Positions 62,676-64,000 of a stretch of 64,000 nucleotides of DNA are shown piece after piece. The position numbers and the translations under genes are program-made. This stretch comes from a virus (lineage: Duplodnaviria; Caudoviricetes). The stretch is taken from positions 1,540 through 65,539 of IMG/VR virus record IMGVR_UViG_3300042991_000365, one strand, 5' to 3'. The notes below the pieces were generated by a model, which was given only the letters and a program-made list of their open reading frames with translations, was not told where the DNA came from and made no database searches. The first letter of the stretch is position 1; each line of letters begins with the position of its first letter.

Positions 62676-63206
62676 ATGAAAATTAGAAACGGATTTGTAA
62701 GCAATTCATCTTCAAGTAGCTTTATTGTTATATTCCCAAGAATACCAAAAAGTGCAGAAGATGTAAAAAATATGTTATTTAAACCAAATAAAAAAATATA
62801 CAAAGGTTTATATGGTGATGAACAATATTCAGTTGAAGAAGTTGCAGAAACAGTATGGAAAGATATACAAGAACAAAAAGCTAATGATACTGAGGCAGCT
62901 ATTGATGAATTATCTGGACATAGTTATGATGATCCAGATGAACCTAAATATGAAGATTTCGAAGATTCAAATGGTAAAACCGATTGGGAACAATATGGAA
63001 TAGCATGTGAAAAATATGGTGAGAAAAAATTAAAAGAGTTTTTTTATATTAGAAAAAATAAATTAAAAAAATTAAATGATGAACAAGTTGATGACGCTGT
63101 TTTTTATATATTTGAATATTCTGATAATGAAGGATCATATTTTGCAGCATTAGAACATGGAAGTTTATTTAAAAATTTAAAACACATTAGAATAAGTAAA
63201 CATTAA
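62676..63206 (+). CDS. MKIRNGFVSNSSSSSF-leader protein
   Basis: Leader; internal IRKNKLKKLN; ends RISKH. Confidence 0.85.
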   Translation: MKIRNGFVSNSSSSSFIVIFPRIPKSAEDVKNMLFKPNKKIYKGLYGDEQYSVEEVAETVWKDIQEQKANDTEAAIDELSGHSYDDPDEPKYEDFEDSNGKTDWEQYGIACEKYGEKKLKEFFYIRKNKLKKLNDEQVDDAVFYIFEYSDNEGSYFAALEHGSLFKNLKHIRISKH

Positions 63207-63400
63207 AATTATTAATCGAAGTGGAATACTATGCCATTGAAACAGAAATAAATGTCTGTGCTGGGCTAAAAAAATGCTAGTTCTAAGTAGCGGTCTATCC
63301 AAGAAAGATAAATGTCAGCTTGCCATTGTACTAATTAAATGCCAGTAATAATTTTAAAAAACAACTTTCATTTTTTTATATATAAAAATAAAAAAAAATT

Positions 63401-63622
63401 ATGTGGAAAATAGTTAAAAAAGTATTAGGTTATAAATACTTAGTAAATGTAGCAACAGGTGAAATGCATGTTGTTAATAAAATAACAATGGCTTGTGGTG
63501 TTCATAACATGGTAGAAAAAAATAAACTGTACATAACAAAAGATCAACTATCTAAAATAGAAAAGATTAGTTTGAAACTAAACGGCTGCACTCATTGTTT
63601 TAAAAGTAAAGATACAGATTAA
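63401..63622 (+). CDS. hypothetical protein
   Basis: TGEMH, C, NGCTHC. Confidence 0.65.
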   Translation: MWKIVKKVLGYKYLVNVATGEMHVVNKITMACGVHNMVEKNKLYITKDQLSKIEKISLKLNGCTHCFKSKDTD

Positions 63623-63635
63623 TTACTTTTTTTTA

Positions 63636-63833
63636 AAAAATATTTGGTAGATTAAAAAATACTCCATATCTTTGTACAGAAATTGTAAATAATTTGAAAG
63701 GTAAAAAAAATAAATGATTGTCTTGAAATAAAGAAACAAGTTTATTAATACAAACTCAACTCTGTTTACAATTTTTAAAAAAAATACAAAAATATTTGGT
63801 AGATTAAAAAATACTCCATATCTTTGTACAGAA
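63636..63833 (+). promoter_or_regulatory. tandem duplicated Bacteroidota sigmaA promoters
   Basis: ~46 nt exact repeat, period 152, each TTTG-N20-TATCTTTG. Confidence 0.85.
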
Positions 63834-64000
63834 TTTAAAAAGTAAAACAAAATGGAAAAGAAATCGGTTGTGGATGATACATTTAAAGAATTAGATACAA
63901 AACTCTCAATTCTTAATAAAGAAACAGTTGATTGGATTAAACAAAAGATGCTTTATCATATAAATGAAGCATATGAAAGAGGAAAAATAGAAAAATAGAA

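Noticed and set aside
534-63850. Many Phe/Leu/Ile-rich antisense or alternate-frame ORFs (e.g. 534..743, 3708..4034, 4767..5114, 34815..35198, 63623..63850)
   Set aside because: Shadows of AT-rich genes on the other strand or frame; fully overlapped by better-supported features.

Overview
Very AT-rich, gene-dense segment that reads as part of a large (jumbo-type) phage genome infecting a Bacteroidota host. The host call rests on many TTTG-N19-21-TAnnTTTG promoters and Bacteroides-like captured genes. No structural or replication core genes are in the window. It holds small hypothetical ORFs, auxiliary enzymes (Pth2, RNA ligase, Dam, thioredoxin, GmhA, NadD-like, NADAR, GuaC/IMPDH-like, radical SAM, glycosyltransferases), free-standing homing-type endonucleases, a complete IS605 element and a solo tnpB element. 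Main unexplained signals: (1) about 28 otherwise diverse proteins end in KKYN[IL]-stop, most also starting MK[HY][LI]KT[FY]E; they lie in ATGA-coupled arrays behind a TAATATATA motif. (2) A second, mutually exclusive set of about 28 proteins ends in R-x-x-K-[LI]-x-K-[LI] and lies mostly behind host-type promoters. Together these suggest a two-address protein tagging system. (3) A ~900 nt structured non-coding RNA candidate has tandem promoters, a boxB/boxA-like leader and a terminator, and there are further small ncRNA candidates including a tRNA-like element. Several 1-nt deletions split genes and may be assembly errors. All calls are by eye; no database searches were run.
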